Source of the DNA: Amoebidium appalachense
Taxonomy: Eukaryota > Protista > Ichthyosporea
NCBI GenBank assembly: GCA_963693365.1
Contig: CAVNZM010000004.1
Location: 5,210,564 to 5,274,563 of the forward strand
DNA: 64,000 bases
Direction: 5' to 3'
Shown here: in pieces, positions 24,437-51,401 of the stretch
Layout: each line of letters starts with the position of its first letter
How positions within the stretch are numbered: position 1 is the first letter of the stretch
Notes under the pieces: generated by a model
The model's database searches: none
What the model was told of the DNA's origin: nothing
What the model saw: the letters and a program-made list of their open reading frames with translations, nothing else
Position numbers and translations under genes: made by a program

Positions 24437-25094
24437 TCCCCCACCAATGAACGGGTCCCACCCCACCCCTTCCCCTCCCCTCCCTGCTTCTTGGCCCCGG
24501 GGGGGTGGAATCCGAACCGAATCATTGACCTGTTTCGATCTGTCAAGGTCCCAATCCGACCCGACCCGAGTATGATAACGGTTGCCTTCGCGGCCGCGCA
24601 CTCCAGGCGCACGCCCGAGTCCTCAATTAAGATCTTACTGCCTTCAGCTGCCTCTTGCCAAATCAAGTGGCATGGACAGGAGCGCATGAGTAAGTGAGCT
24701 TCGCGAAAAAGCATAAAAATAACTAGATATACGTGTTTGATTATTCTGTATGTGCGAGCATAAAGAAGAATGGAGCAAAAGACATTTGAATCAGCAGCGC
24801 TGTCGGCAGCGCTAATGGCCCATGTCGACGTCGACCATGCCTGATTCATGAAGTTGTCGTGCCCTCGATTAAGAAGTCTTTGATTGCTATGTACTACGGA
24901 TCATGAAATTAAACGTTGGTTTGTAGTAGCACATATACATTAAAAAAGGATATTTTCAAATAAAGAATGTTTTGTTTCTTAGCTAACTCTCTTTTTCACC
25001 GCTGCAGAGTTTGGACAGTGTCACTCTTGTTGATTTTGACCCCCCACAGGCCACAGCCCCAAATGGCCGTTGGAACCAGCTCTCTCCCGCAGTT

Positions 25095-26254
<1,160 letters not shown>

Positions 26255-26568
26255 TCGCTTGAAAAGTCGAAATGTACAGAAAACGTCTACCGTAAAGTAC
26301 AAACGAACAACAGGCGTCCAACGGGCGACCCGGGGCGAGGCTAATATTATCAGTACATTACAGACGAGTAAATATAATATTCAAATCGATTCCGACTAAT
26401 AAAAAATAATATTGTTGTGAATCTGGTCAGGCAGATGCCACATGTACATGTGCACGCAATGGCATACGAGTCATGACAACTACGATATAAGAAAGTAAAA
26501 AAGTAAACTGCGCACGTGCCTAGGACGGTGTCTCCTACTATGTCTACAGAAGCATTTGTGAGTGTGAC

Positions 26569-26699
<131 letters not shown>

Positions 26700-27198
26700 C
26701 AAGGGGGGGGGGGGGGGGGGGGGAAGGAGGGGAAGGCTCCGTGTATATCCGATGCAGATGCCAGAAATCGATCCCAATCCAGTGCTGATCGATGACTGCC
26801 GTGTACTACACCAATATTCCGGGCCCGCTGCCTCGAGCTCCCGGCCGCGGCGCGCCCCCCCCGGCGGGCCCCCGCCCCAACACACACGTGCACACACACA
26901 CCACCGCCATTACGTGCACCGCCACCACCACCACCAGCCTCACCAGCCTCCACCCCCGCCCCCACCCCTCCCAAACACACACCATGGCACACACGCACAC
27001 GTACACGCACAGATCTAGACCATATCAACCTCCAGCGCGGCTGCAGCCATGGCCGGCTCGATCGCACAGTGTACATACGACTCCAGGCCACAATCGCCAG
27101 TCTGGCCGTCACACATTGTACCGGTATGGCATGTGACGACGGTCCGACGAATAGATCATTCGCGGAAGGGGGGAGGGGGGGGGGGGGGGGAGGAGGGT

Positions 27199-27229
<31 letters not shown>

Positions 27230-27563
27230 GGGGGGAGAGGGGAGGGGGGGGCGAGAGGGGGAGGGGGGGGGGAGGGGGGGGGGATATAAAGTCATATAAC
27301 ATGGTGATTATTGTTCTCCCCACTGCTGGACGGCGAGGCTTGTTCTGAGCCAGAACCCTGCTGCAGCAGGGCTAAGCGTGTACGATACCGTGTATGTCTA
27401 TAATATACAATCGGTGTTCGCGACAAAATATTTAAGCCTTCGCGTGCACACTTAAGTTATTACAGTTTGTGTAGATGTGTGTGCGTATGTGTTCATGTGT
27501 GTCAAGGTGTGTGTGTCTGTGTGCATGTTGGTGCACGTGGTGGTGGTGGTGGTGGGAAGGTGT

Positions 27564-27610
<47 letters not shown>

Positions 27611-28934
27611 GGGGGGGGGGGGGGCGCTTATCTTATACAATGGCACTACCGGATCATAATAATAATCTGATCCAGCAGATTTGATCGATCACCGATATTA
27701 ATAGTCACTCGAACGGAACTCAGCTGCAGGGCGTTCACGTTTGTTAACAACCAAGGCCTATAGGTATATACCGCACCCCAACTTGAAGCTGAGTGGCAGA
27801 ATGATGATAATGCAAATGGCCCGGCCGAGCAGCTCGCTGCCGAGTGTCACACAGACAGGCAACAGGAGATACCCTCGGCCCGGGGAGCTTCCGCCGGACT
27901 CAGTCTGTACATGTCACGGCACTCATGAGCCACACTGGTAAGCTACTGCCCAGGCATGCATGCCTTTTCCTCGGCCCGGGGGCTCACCGTGACGAATATG
28001 CACACTAGCCGCGTGGCACGTGACATGATCATAATAGGCTATATATATCAATATATATCATGTGCACGGCCCGGACCGGATTCCGAACCGTTTGCATAAA
28101 AACACGTGACTTTTAACTAATATGTACATAGTGAGAAAGCATTACTCGTTGCCCAACATCTTCAACGTCAACTTTCGCCAAGCACTCACATTTTTTTTGG
28201 CCACACCACCGTGGGTGGCATTCGGACACAACCTCCAAGTTGGTGTTACACCGCCGCGGAACAGCACGTGGGTCGGTAGCTGCAATTATAGTAATTTGGT
28301 TTTTTTTTCCCCTTCAACCTTTTTTCTTTCTAATTTTTTTTATAAAGAGGTGCTTCGAGAATCATAATAAGGACAACTCGAAGGTGCCATGACGGTGCCC
28401 TTCACATGCCAACTTGCATTAATGGGCCCACCAGCTGACCAGCAGTTCCCCGAACAGTGAGTGATAACAGTGATGGCTATGCTTCCATCTTCTAGGGCCT
28501 ACAGTAGTGTCTTGTTATGGACCTGTCCTGACCCGTGGCTTCACCCAGCCTGACCGTACAGGTCATAACAGCGAATGGGCTTACACCCAAAATAGCATCA
28601 TAAAGCTAATGTCTCTCCCCAAGGACCAATCAGGAGCGAGCCGAAAGCTCAAATAGGAGTCATAACATAGCTAGAGTAAAGTTCCAAGCAAGCCGCAACC
28701 TCCACCTGTCGTATCAAGCTAGGACTCTGTGTGAAAAGGCGAAGGGAAAAGACTCGCTTGGAACTGTACTCTAGCTCAAGACATCAAGTCTGAAAGCTGT
28801 GCACTGAGGGCTCACAATATATAGCTCACAGGCTGATATCAGTCCGGCAAGATCATACACACTAGGCATCACTTATGTCAGGCTTCAAGTGCGCAACCCT
28901 CAGCTACGTCATAGCTAGACGCACCAGCATATCA

Positions 28935-29217
28935 CAAGGGGTGTGGCAGAGCCTCAACGACTTGACTTGACTTATAGTTATAATTGTTTGCTGATATTGA
29001 TGACTTGACTTGACTTTCAAGTCGCGACTTGGAAGATTACTATTTTAAGTAACTCCTCCGGGCATCTGGCCCACGGGCGGGCATCCTTCCTATGCTTCCC
29101 CGCCCTCCCCCCAATAAGTCACTCCTATGTCCGACCTCAAGGCTTGACTTTACTTGGTTGAAGTCAGGTGCTTGGTGATTTGAAGTCGCGACTTGAAGTC
29201 AAGTCGCCACACCCCTG
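28935..29217. mobile_element. Putative hAT-like MITE
   Basis: Ends are inverted: AGGGGTGTGGC..GACTTGACTT and AAGTCAAGTCGCCACACCCCTG. The interior is rich in GACTT/AAGTC repeats and AAGTCGCGACTT palindromes. CAGGGGT is a hAT-type terminus, but no 8-bp TSD is visible. Confidence 0.55.
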
Positions 29218-29218
29218 A

Positions 29219-29345
29219 CGGAGCTGAGCGGTCAAGGCGCCAAACCGAGCGTCTTGGTGCGTGCGGGTTCGAGTCCCGGCGCCCCGCTCAGCTGCCTGCC
29301 CCTTTTTGGAGCCTGACCACTTTCGCACAGTCAACATATCATCTG
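29219..29345 (+). mobile_element. tRNA-derived Pol III head (SINE-like), degenerate copy
   Basis: A-box-like AGCTGAGCGG, B-box GGTTCGAGTCC, then TTTTT and a tail shared with 29645-29765. Confidence 0.6.
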
Positions 29346-29644
29346 AGCTACACCCCCCACCAACAAGAGCAAGTAGGGGTGATACCCTCGGCTCTGGGTG
29401 CGCGGACATACATGTGACTGCTGACGAGGGCGTCAGTCCTTCTGAGGGGGAGGAGGGTGTTCTTGGACCTGTCCTGATCCGTGGACCGTGGCTTCCGTAC
29501 AGGTCATAACAGCGAATGGGCTTACACCCAAAATAGCCTTATAAAGCTAATTTTCCTCACCAAGGACCAATCAGGAGCGAGTCAAAACTCAAATAGGAGT
29601 CATACCACGTTCAGAGGGCTGTGGTCATACCCACCTAACGGGGA

Positions 29645-29860
29645 TCCGGGGTGGCTGAGCGGTCAAGGCGCCTCACCAAGCGTCTCGGTGCGCACGGGTT
29701 CGAATCCCGGCACCCCTTTTTGGAGCCTGACCCCTTTCGCACAGTCACACAACATATCTTCAGCTGGCAACCCTCAGCCTAAGGGTCATCGATATGCCAC
29801 TTTCGCACAGCCACACAACATGTCTTCAGCTGGCAACCCTCAGCCTAAGGGTCATCATAT
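29645..29860 (+). mobile_element. tRNA-derived Pol III head (SINE-like) with a tandemly duplicated tail
   Basis: A-box TGGCTGAGCGG-TCAAGGCG (Leu/Ser-type D-arm), T-arm CGGG-TTCGAAT-CCCG and a T5 terminator. A ~60-bp tail unit is repeated (29733-29792, 29799-29858). The acceptor stem does not close. Confidence 0.65.
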
Positions 29861-30393
29861 CGATGACCTTGTACGTAGTACTACCGTGTGCTGTTACTGT
29901 GACAGTACAAGACATGACCCAGTGCAAACACCTAAGGCCGACTCTATGCAAAAATCTCATGTGCATCATGATGATCATAGTTACATAATAATTAAGTAAG
30001 TTGGACTGTTTCAGAAACACAGGCTGTCAGTGAGCTCAGAGGCTCTCCGTGTATAATAGTTTCAGCCTCAGGGCATTAGGTAACGGGGCAACTACTGTGA
30101 GACTAAGAAACGTTAGGCCTCCGGTCACAGCCTGTGTAAAATTTACTAACACTTAAAGCATATAATGCGCGACCTGCACTTTGAATACAGCTAGGGACAC
30201 GACGACACTTGGCAAAGTGAAACAGTGACGCACTGTCACACCGTGACTGTCCGGTTGGGCACACACATAGCAGACACACGCACACGCACAACACACACAC
30301 ACACGTGTACACGCACACCGACACACACACACTGTGGCATGCACACGACAGGCAGTTGCCAACAAAAACACACCGTGACAGGCACACGCACAC

Positions 30394-30465
<72 letters not shown>

Positions 30466-31363
30466 TGACACACACATGGATACACAAAAACACACACCGT
30501 GACACACACACACGCACTACATGCACACAACTTGACGTGACGCACATCGTAACTCTTACACAACCGGTTGAACTTTTTGCATACACACACACACAGCCTG
30601 AGACCGACTGTGACACACTCCCACACTCACACTCACACTCACACTCACTCCGGTTTGCAATTGCAGCCGAGCAGAGATTGTAACAGAGGTCCTCGGCACA
30701 CTCTTGCACATTCCGCCGCCGCCTAAAACAAGGCTACTGACTTAGTTGGCACTGGGATATGATGTGGATACCGTGACATAGTGACTGCCCTCCGGATATT
30801 CATCTCATATCACCGCGATGACCTGAGACAGTTCAAACTTCAAAGTTGACAGAGTCGTTTTTGTTCAACGCGGCGATTCACTATTCTATTGCTAACACTA
30901 CGTATCATAATATTATCGGACACTGTGCCCCGCGGCGCTGCATGATCATGATGATCACTGTCACTGCATGGCTATTATTGGCTAGGCTACTCTGGTGTCG
31001 CTCATCAAGCGGTGGTGGCAGTAAAAATCATTGCCGAAGCACGGCCATCTAGAAACACCCTAATTGGCCGTGTGCCGAAGACGTGTTCAGCATTAGCCCG
31101 ACCATGGCAAACTAGCTGACACACGAGTATTCAGTAGGAATGCAACGGCGAACCCTCACAACGACATGTACAAAGTTGGCAATTAATTCTTCCTATCAGT
31201 GACACCGCGGCGTGGGTCTCTTTCAACGTTTCCGGCTTTCTCTCAGTGATCTCCCTGACTACTATGAGTGACTATGTGTAGTGGGTGACGGTGGCAAGTT
31301 GATGGGGAGAGGCGATCTGGAGACAACGGCGTGGCAAAATCCTGAGAAAGGTAACGGGGGAAG

Positions 31364-31404
<41 letters not shown>

Positions 31405-31849
31405 GGAGGGAGAGGCGATGGGGGGAGGGCGGGGGGTCGGCTGGGGGGAGAGGGGGGGGGAAGGGGGGGCAGGCAGCGGGTGTGGGCACCTTTAACTTAG
31501 CAGGTATTCAACTGGCAAACTCTTCACTTACTAATTTTATTGACAAATAATATTTTACCCCCACACAGGTTACAACTACAACTCCCAGTGAGTCAAACAC
31601 TCCGACTGAGGACAGGCAAAGCCCGTTTAATACTACATTAAGCAGAATGGCAGTGTACCGCATTGCTCCTTCGACTCTGTGAGACACTCAAGCTTCTGTA
31701 CAATGCCAAACTTTAATTGGCACATGTAGCCGCAACTGAGTTCATGAACGCCGGACGGCTGCCACGGCACTGCAGTGGGTACGGGCTCCTCGGACGTCGC
31801 TCGAAAAGACAACTGAGCTGTTGTGGAGATGTGTGCACCCTAATTGAAC

Positions 31850-32094
31850 AACACATGCATACACACACATACACTTACATACCCGGTCCACTTCTCCCAA
31901 TACTCCCAGCCCCCCACACATCCGCACACACACACGGCACACATGCATACACACACATACACTTACACACCCGGTCCACTTCCCCCAATACCCTCCCCCC
32001 CCCCCCCCCCCCCCCCCCCCGGCCACACACACACACACATACACACCCGGTCCATATCTCCTGACCCATCCCACTCCCCCCCCCCCCCCCCCCT

Positions 32095-32139
<45 letters not shown>

Positions 32140-32310
32140 CCCCATACACATGAGTACACACACATAAACACACACACCCGATCCGGTCTCCCAATTACCC
32201 CCCTCCCCCCCCCCCCCCCCCATCCCTTCCCCTTCCCCTCCCCCAACCCCCCTCCTCCCCCCCCCCCCCCCACACACACACACACCTGGTCCACCTCCCC
32301 CAATACATCT
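31850..32310 (+). repeat. Degenerate minisatellite (CA run + CCCGGTCCAC..CCCAATAC + poly C), ~5 units
   Basis: The core recurs near 31882, 31971, 32047, 32183 and 32286. Confidence 0.7.
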
Positions 32311-33029
32311 CCCTTCCCCCCTTCCCCCCCCCCCCCTTCCCCCCCCCCCCCCCCCTCCACACCTCTCCCAATACCCTCTCCCCCCCGCCCTCCCAAAAAA
32401 GGAAAGAAAAGAAAAGAAAAGAAAGAAAAAGAAAGGAAAGAAAGAAAGAAAAGAAAAGAAAAATCGCACAATGCAAATCTCTACACACACAAGGTCGTAG
32501 GGACGACCTTCCGTTGCCCCTTTTTCCAACCCCCCCTTAAACAACCGTCTACATTCCCTCAAACCCGTAGAATCTTATACTTTGACACACATGAACTATC
32601 AGATTCATCTGTTTATCTGAGAACTCGTCCATTATATAGCGATTACCGTACTATAGGTTAACTACTCCGAGATTTTTCGTGATTATTACCGTTCGAGTGA
32701 CCGCCTCAGGCTGGCATGTTCAACCGCAGACAGGTGATTTTTGGGGTACGTGGCACACTGCGATATGATCAATAACATCTCACTGACAGTAAGTCCTAGA
32801 GCCTAGTCGCCACAGCCGGAAGTTAAATGACTACGAATTTTTGTGACCTAAAGAAGTCATCTCTCGTTAAATCATTGAAAAGTACCAGTCAACTGATACT
32901 TAAGTCTAAAGACCGTCTGGTTTTGTATCCATGGGGAGAATTCAGGGTGACGGACTTCCGGTGGTTCAGCGCGAATTTCAGAATGCCCGCCGGCTTCAAG
33001 AAATAGAGTGCATGCACATTCCTCCTCCT

Positions 33030-33060
<31 letters not shown>

Positions 33061-33228
33061 TACCACCGTGGCACAACCACCACCACCGAATGACGTCTCC
33101 CCCTCCCCCCCCCCCTCCCCACCCACCCACACCCACACCCACACATGGACGCACGTGTAACCACAACCCCCCCCCCCCCCCCCCCCCCCCCCCGCCGGGC
33201 CCAACCACATCGGCAGAGTCGACTTGCA

Positions 33229-33530
33229 AAAAGCAGAATTATTCTGAGAAGCAGAATCATTCTGCTCATAGCAGAATTATTCCGCAAAAGCAGAATCGCT
33301 CTGCTTTTAGCAGAATTATTCTGCTTTCAGCAAAATAATTCTGCTTTTAGCGGAGTGATTCTGCTTTTAGCAGATTGAGCCTGCTGTCTTGTCTGCAGAA
33401 TGATTCTGCTTTTGCGGAATGATTCTGCTTTTAGCAGAATGATTTAATGAGTCTGCTTTTGGCAGAATAATTTTGCTTTTCGCAAAAAAAATTCTGCTTT
33501 TTGCAGAATGATTCTGCTCGGAGCAAATTG
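33229..33530. repeat. Palindromic ~20-bp minisatellite (AGCAGAATNATTCTGCTTTT), ~13-14 units
   Basis: Directly visible tandem self-complementary units. Confidence 0.9.
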
Positions 33531-33570
33531 ACCCGGCCGATGTGCTTGGGCCCTCCAGGGCCTCCCCCCC

Positions 33571-33606
<36 letters not shown>

Positions 33607-34919
33607 CCTCCCTCCCTTCTCCGTCCCACCCCCCCCCCCCCCCCCCCCCCCCCCCTCCCTCCCTTCTCCGTCACTCCCTCACTCTTCTTCCAGACCCCCC
33701 TGGTTCGTCCGTTTGGTGCAGGCCTAAGCATCCAACTTATTCTGCATAGCTACAACCTAAATATGACCATACCTTTCAAGAGTACCACATAATCAAGGAG
33801 CATCATAGTAGAATATCGATCCTAGAGAATGCATTGCAAAAACGTTTTTTCACATCGATGTACGGCTGCACATCGCTGCACCGGTCGGTGCACGGTGCAC
33901 TCCAGCACACTAATAGCTTTTTGACTGCCTATAATTAGTAGTGCCACGGTCTACTGTTTTTAGGCCCTAACCGTACATATCTTACTTACCCAACAACGTT
34001 AACATATATGCGCGCACGTGCCCGACCGAGATACGCCCCCCTCAATCCATCCCCCCTCCCCCCTCCTCCGGGTCCCTCGGACACAAAAGAAAGAAAGAAA
34101 GAAAGAAACAAAACAAAACAAAACAAACAAAACAAACAAAACCACATGCACCTCCACATAGTCTTGTTGAACGTTCCAATGACATTGTAACGGAATCCCT
34201 GCCCACGCCACTGGCTAGTCTAAGAGCTCAGTTGTAATAGTTCCTTGCATACCCCCATGTGCTCGAGTTCTCTTTTTTAAGGCTTACACATCATACAATA
34301 TCACAATATCCACATGTGGGATTCATTCTGCGTTAATTACCCCCCCCCCCCCCCCTCCCCCCTCCCCCCTCCCCCCTCCCCCCTCCCCCCAGATCTCCCC
34401 CTCCCCCTCTCCCTGGGGCACCCCACCCCACCCCACTTCTATTATCTTCCACACGAAGCAGCCATCAAAAAAAGGTTAAAGCTGGCCACAGCTCCAGCTA
34501 CCCAGCCACCGCCCATGCATAATACCCAATTCAGCACCACTGAATTTCAAAATGATTATAACCCTAGGGATTTTGGTTTTATTGATTAGATTTCTTGTAA
34601 GTCTCGACTGGCAGCTCATTTCCATACACTTCAGTGCAATAAGCTGTATATGTGCTGTGTCCACACCATACATTCTCTATATAGGTAATAACGGCAATCC
34701 CAGGTTCACAGGTTACCCGAACATCATCGAAATAGCCTTGTATACCTCTGGCTTGAAAAACAGGGTCACTGTACTACCGTCAGACGGGTTACATAGCGTC
34801 ACTTTGAAAGCCACGACAACATGTCTTTCTATCAATAAAGGAATGTCTCAAAACCCTTCCTGATATGTATACCATACATACTCCTTGCATACCAAAAACA
34901 ATACACCAAATATTGCGGG

Positions 34920-34980
<61 letters not shown>

Positions 34981-35098
34981 CAAGGAAAAATGTTGGGACC
35001 AGGCCATCTGAGAACATATGTACACGACGTTTTGATAGTTTGCTTTCCGTTATTGCCTAAAAGGACATTCATTATTGTCAACATGTGACGTCATACGA

Positions 35099-35212
35099 AG
35101 GGGAAGAATACAAACTTGAGACGGGAGAGAATACAACTTCTCAAGTTTGAGACGTGAAAGAATACAATTTCTCAAGTTTGAGACGGGAAGAGAATACAAA
35201 TCTCAAGTTTGA
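35099..35212. repeat. ~30-bp tandem repeat (AGAATACAA..TCTCAAGTTTGAGACG), 3-4 units
   Basis: Directly visible. Each full unit contains the inverted pair TCTCAA/TTGAGA. Confidence 0.85.
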
Positions 35213-35245
35213 CCGTAGAAGGCAACCAACGAATGTGGTCGATGC

Positions 35246-35433
<188 letters not shown>

Positions 35434-35593
35434 TGTCTGTGTTTGCATGAGTACGGATGCGCGTTTTTTGCACATGTCAGGATGCAGATTGTGTGTGTCT
35501 GCATGTGCATGTGTGAGTGTGAGTGCGAGTGAGTGATCCAGTGTGTATGTGTGTGTTTGGAGGGAGGAACGAGGGAGTGTGTGTGCGGGGGCT

Positions 35594-47509
<11,916 letters not shown>

Positions 47510-47750
47510 CTTCAAGCAGTTTTAGTACCAAACAGAAAAAGTGACTCCCTAGACTGTGTTGTTGAAAAAGCAGCAATGCTGTATCTTACGTCGCCGGAAC
47601 CATGTGAATAATCACTAAGTTCGAATGGCCTGCCCTTGAAAGGGCTTCTGATTTGCCTTACAAGGCTTCTTCGTCTATGGCTCAAAATATTTCCGTTATG
47701 ACGCACATATGCATGTGCTATTCGACATGCTGGCAGAAGCCTGTATCCAC

Positions 47751-48004
47751 ACAGCAACAAATGCACATCACACGCACACTACCGGTGCGAAAAAAGGGGT
47801 GGTTTCCCTTCAGCAAACAAAGAATGCTAGGGTAGACTATAGGTAAGGTGTTTTCAATAATGATCATCAGTCCTAGATAAACAGCAACAAATGCACATCA
47901 CACGCACACTACCGGTGCGAAAAAAGGGGTGGTTTCCCTTCAGCAAACAAAGAATGCTAGGGTAGACTATAGGTAAGGTGTTTTCAATAATGATCATCAG
48001 TCCT
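47751..48004. repeat. Exact 124-bp tandem duplication upstream of CDK8
   Basis: 47751-47874 equals 47881-48004, separated by AGATAA. Confidence 0.95.
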
Positions 48005-48130
48005 TTATCTAGCATGGCATGACCTTTCTTCCTCAAAGATCTTTTTCCTCAGTCGATCGCATTCGAGCCACAGACAACAGATATTCATGAAAAGTGAGCC
48101 ATGAGTTGCGCAAACAGGTAGCATTCCAAC

Positions 48131-48272
48131 TGACGTCATAAATCTAAAAAAGATATTTTGAGATAACTTTAGTATTGTAAATCCATGGTGTATCTCACAT
48201 TCTAGAATATTGTTTTCAATAAATATATTAAGACGTCATGAATTTGAATTGACACGCCACTCAGTGACGTCA
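48131..48272. promoter_or_regulatory. Two CRE/ATF palindromes in the CDK8-MRPL11 divergent promoter region
   Basis: TGACGTCA at 48131-48138 and 48265-48272, plus a near-match GACGTCA near 48233, in a microsatellite-free intergenic stretch. Confidence 0.45.
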
Positions 48273-48809
48273 CAGCCGGCAGTTCGGCCCCTGAGAGGCT
48301 GTGCACGCTGGCAGTCACCGCTGGAGCACGAAACGTGAAAAGCTGATGTTTTTGTGCTGCCGAACAGTCATCTAGCTTGGATACGTATAATCTTATAGTT
48401 CGGATACATATAGACGCCAAGCAAGACCCCTCAGGTTTTACCGAGTCTTTTTACTTTGTTGATGTGTGTGTTTTTTCCTGTCCAAATATCGCTCTGAAAG
48501 GTGCCCGTAGTGTGCGTCCGCGTGAAGTTCACACCACTTAAACCCATAGGACGTGTACTTTTTCTACCTACCTCTTCAAACACCTTACTTTCAAACGTAG
48601 TTGTATTTACGGTGTTGATAAGTTCAATTCCTTATAATTTCTCGTGGTCTTCAACAAACATCCCGAGGCAACGAAGGTCAGTGTCTTGCAACCCCTTTCT
48701 TTCGCCCAGCATCTTTTTCACTGTCCTTCGCTCTCCCTCCTTCACTCTCACTCTCTACCTGTTTCGTCCCTTTCACACACGCACTCACAAACACTCACAA
48801 ACACACACA

Positions 48810-48858
<49 letters not shown>

Positions 48859-49595
48859 CTCCTCTCCCCGCCCCCCCCTCTCTGGCTCTCTCTCCTCTTG
48901 CTCTCTCTCGCTCCCTTTCCCCCCTTCCCCTCTCTCTCTTTCCCTCTCTTTCACTCTCTCTCTCTCTGCTTTCCCCCCCGTCCCTCCCCCCATGCTATCT
49001 CTGTGCGTGTCTCCCTCTTCTGCCCAACTTTGCGCCTTGACTTGAAGATGCTGAACACGCGAACTCCGTTGCGTACCTAACAAACCGATATGGAAATAAA
49101 CGTACCATGGGTGCTGTGAAGCTGTAGCTGGAAAAAAAAATATGCGAGGCCTGCGTAGTTTGCTTTCTTGCAGGCATCTAGGATCCACGATAAGCTCTAT
49201 TGGCAGACACAAGGTCATGTGTAGGTGTGCAGAGTGGTGTGGGCTGTTGTGGTAGGAAGGGGGTTGGGTGGTGGTGGTGAAGGTGGCGGGAGCTGCTATT
49301 TTATTGTCTTGCATGCAAAAGCCTAGGTCGAGGTGTGGAAACACGGTATGTTATAGTGCCTGTGTATGTGCGTGTGTTTAGTGTGTGGGTGTGGGTTTGG
49401 GTGTGGATGTGGGCGTGTGCATGCCGGCGTGTGTAGGTGGTGCAACTCAATGGTGTGTGCAAAGCACTAATAGTAAAGATGCTCATGTGTGCCTGTGTAC
49501 CGGTTGGGTTTGGGGTAAGGTGTGTGCCCCTTGTGAGCGCTTGTGTGCGTGTTGGTTCTAGCCGTTTTATTTACCCACTTACACACACACACAAA

Positions 49596-49652
<57 letters not shown>

Positions 49653-50013
49653 CTCTCTCTCCCTCCCTCCCCTTCTCCCTCTCTCTCTCTCTCTCCGTCT
49701 CTCTCTCTCTCTCACCGCCTCTCTCTCCCCCCCCTCTCTCTTTCTTCCCCCCCCCCCCCCCCCCCCCGGTCTCTCTTTCTCATATGCATACACCTGCACA
49801 CCTGCACTCACAGTCATGCTTTCTCAAACTCAACACAACTGAGCTAAAGAAGACACGTGTATTCTTGCATATGCTAATGCCTATTATTACTCCATGCAAA
49901 CCGGCACATGCATACATATCACACTACACTCGGTCACACCACATACACACACACACACACACACAACAGGTACGCCAACTGCACAGGCTCAGCCCCAGCA
50001 CACAAACACCAAA

Positions 50014-50484
50014 ATGTCGAAAGCAGCCGCCGGTAAGGTGGCCACCTATGTGATGGCCGGGAAGGCTGCCCCGGCACCCCCCCTCGGCCCCATGCTTGGT
50101 CAACGCGGTGTCAACATCATGCAATTTTGCAAAGATTTCAACGACAAGACCAAGAACATCAAACAGGGGGTCCCCATTCCAGTTGTAATTGACATTAAGG
50201 CGGACAAATCCATTAGCTACGTTATGAAGAGCCCCCCCTCGAGCTATTTTCTGAAGAACGCGGCCGGAATCACCAAAGGCGCCGCCAAGACGAGGCATGA
50301 GACCGCCGGGAAAATCTCGCTTAAACACATCTACGAAATTGCGCAGGTGAAGATCAAGGACCCTGCTCTTGATCACCTCACACTACAGACCATGTGCAAG
50401 CACCTCATTGGCTCGGCAAAGACGATGGGCATTGAGGTTGTGAAGGAGCTGCCTGCTGACTACAAGCCGGCAGGGGTGCCATAG
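50014..50484 (+). CDS. MRPL11: Mitochondrial ribosomal protein uL11m, 156 aa, intronless CDS
   Basis: [43 protein letters not shown] and [24 protein letters not shown] probable 5'UTR intron acceptor lies at 49969. Confidence 0.95.
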   Translation: MSKAAAGKVATYVMAGKAAPAPPLGPMLGQRGVNIMQFCKDFNDKTKNIKQGVPIPVVIDIKADKSISYVMKSPPSSYFLKNAAGITKGAAKTRHETAGKISLKHIYEIAQVKIKDPALDHLTLQTMCKHLIGSAKTMGIEVVKELPADYKPAGVP

Positions 50485-50560
50485 GAGTTTTCAGTTTTGC
50501 GGGTGTGCTTGTAGGTTTTTTTTTCTTTTTTTTTTTCTTTGTTTTATTATTTTTTTTTTG

Positions 50561-50597
<37 letters not shown>

Positions 50598-51346
50598 GAG
50601 GGGTTGTGCTGTGGGGCTGGCAGCTTTGTATGGAAAGTACATTAACGGTACCGTTATGACTGGAAGTGGACAACAGCAATACACGATGACCATGACTACG
50701 TTATGGATGTGGGTTTTCCGGAAGCCTCCCCCTCCCCCTCCGTTCCCCGGTTTAATTTCCGTGAAACTATTCCCCCCCCATCCCCCCCCCGCCTCTTCCC
50801 TCCTCAACTCCCCCGTTTTGGCAGATCTCCCCCTCCCCCCGCCCTCTCCCCTTCTGCCGGATCCCCCGCCGTCCCCCTCCCCCCGGGCCCTCCGTACCTC
50901 CCCTTTTTGAAAACCCCCCCCCCCCCCCCCCCCCCCCTTTTTGCCGTACCCTAATTTTAATCTATTTCATGTGTGGATTCTTCACACTTTTCCATCCCCA
51001 ACACTTTTAAATGGCACCTCAGAGTCTCCCGTTGACCAACAACATAAGATGTTCAATATCTTCACAGCACATTTTCCATCCTCCTCCTACTTGTTTATTT
51101 CGACGAACCCCCCCCCCCTCCCCCCCCCCGCCCCCGGGCCCGGGGGGCGCACCATCATATCAACTTGACACACCTGCTTGGACCCAGCTAGCGACGCCCC
51201 CTGTAGCTACCCTGTTCCTTCGACATTCCCTCCCCCCTCTCCCCCCCCCCCCACACACACACCACCATCACCACCAGGTGACCACGGTGACGACTGTACG
51301 TACAGACAACGACCACCACCACCACCACCACATACAAACACACACA

Positions 51347-51401
<55 letters not shown>

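Larger units (their letters stand above)
28517..29603 (+). repeat. Direct repeat of ~140 bp (28517-28665 and 29465-29603)
   Basis: Both copies read TGGACCTGTCCTGA..CGTACAGGTCATAACAGCGAATGGGCTTACACCCAAAATAGC..AAATAGGAGTCATA. Confidence 0.85.

Noticed and set aside
24560-24700. hAT transposase fragment (CPCH motif, minus strand)
   Set aside because: Only a four-residue motif, with no other DDE blocks recognisable.
29415-29450. Hammerhead core CTGACGA followed by a short hairpin
   Set aside because: No GAAA follows stem II.
29645-29720. Functional tRNA gene
   Set aside because: The acceptor stem does not pair and there is no 7-nt anticodon loop. Reported as tRNA-derived instead.
34570-34860. 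Coding-like minus-strand fragment (GYFDDVRVTCEPG..)
   Set aside because: Short, interrupted in the flanking frames, and not assignable to a gene.
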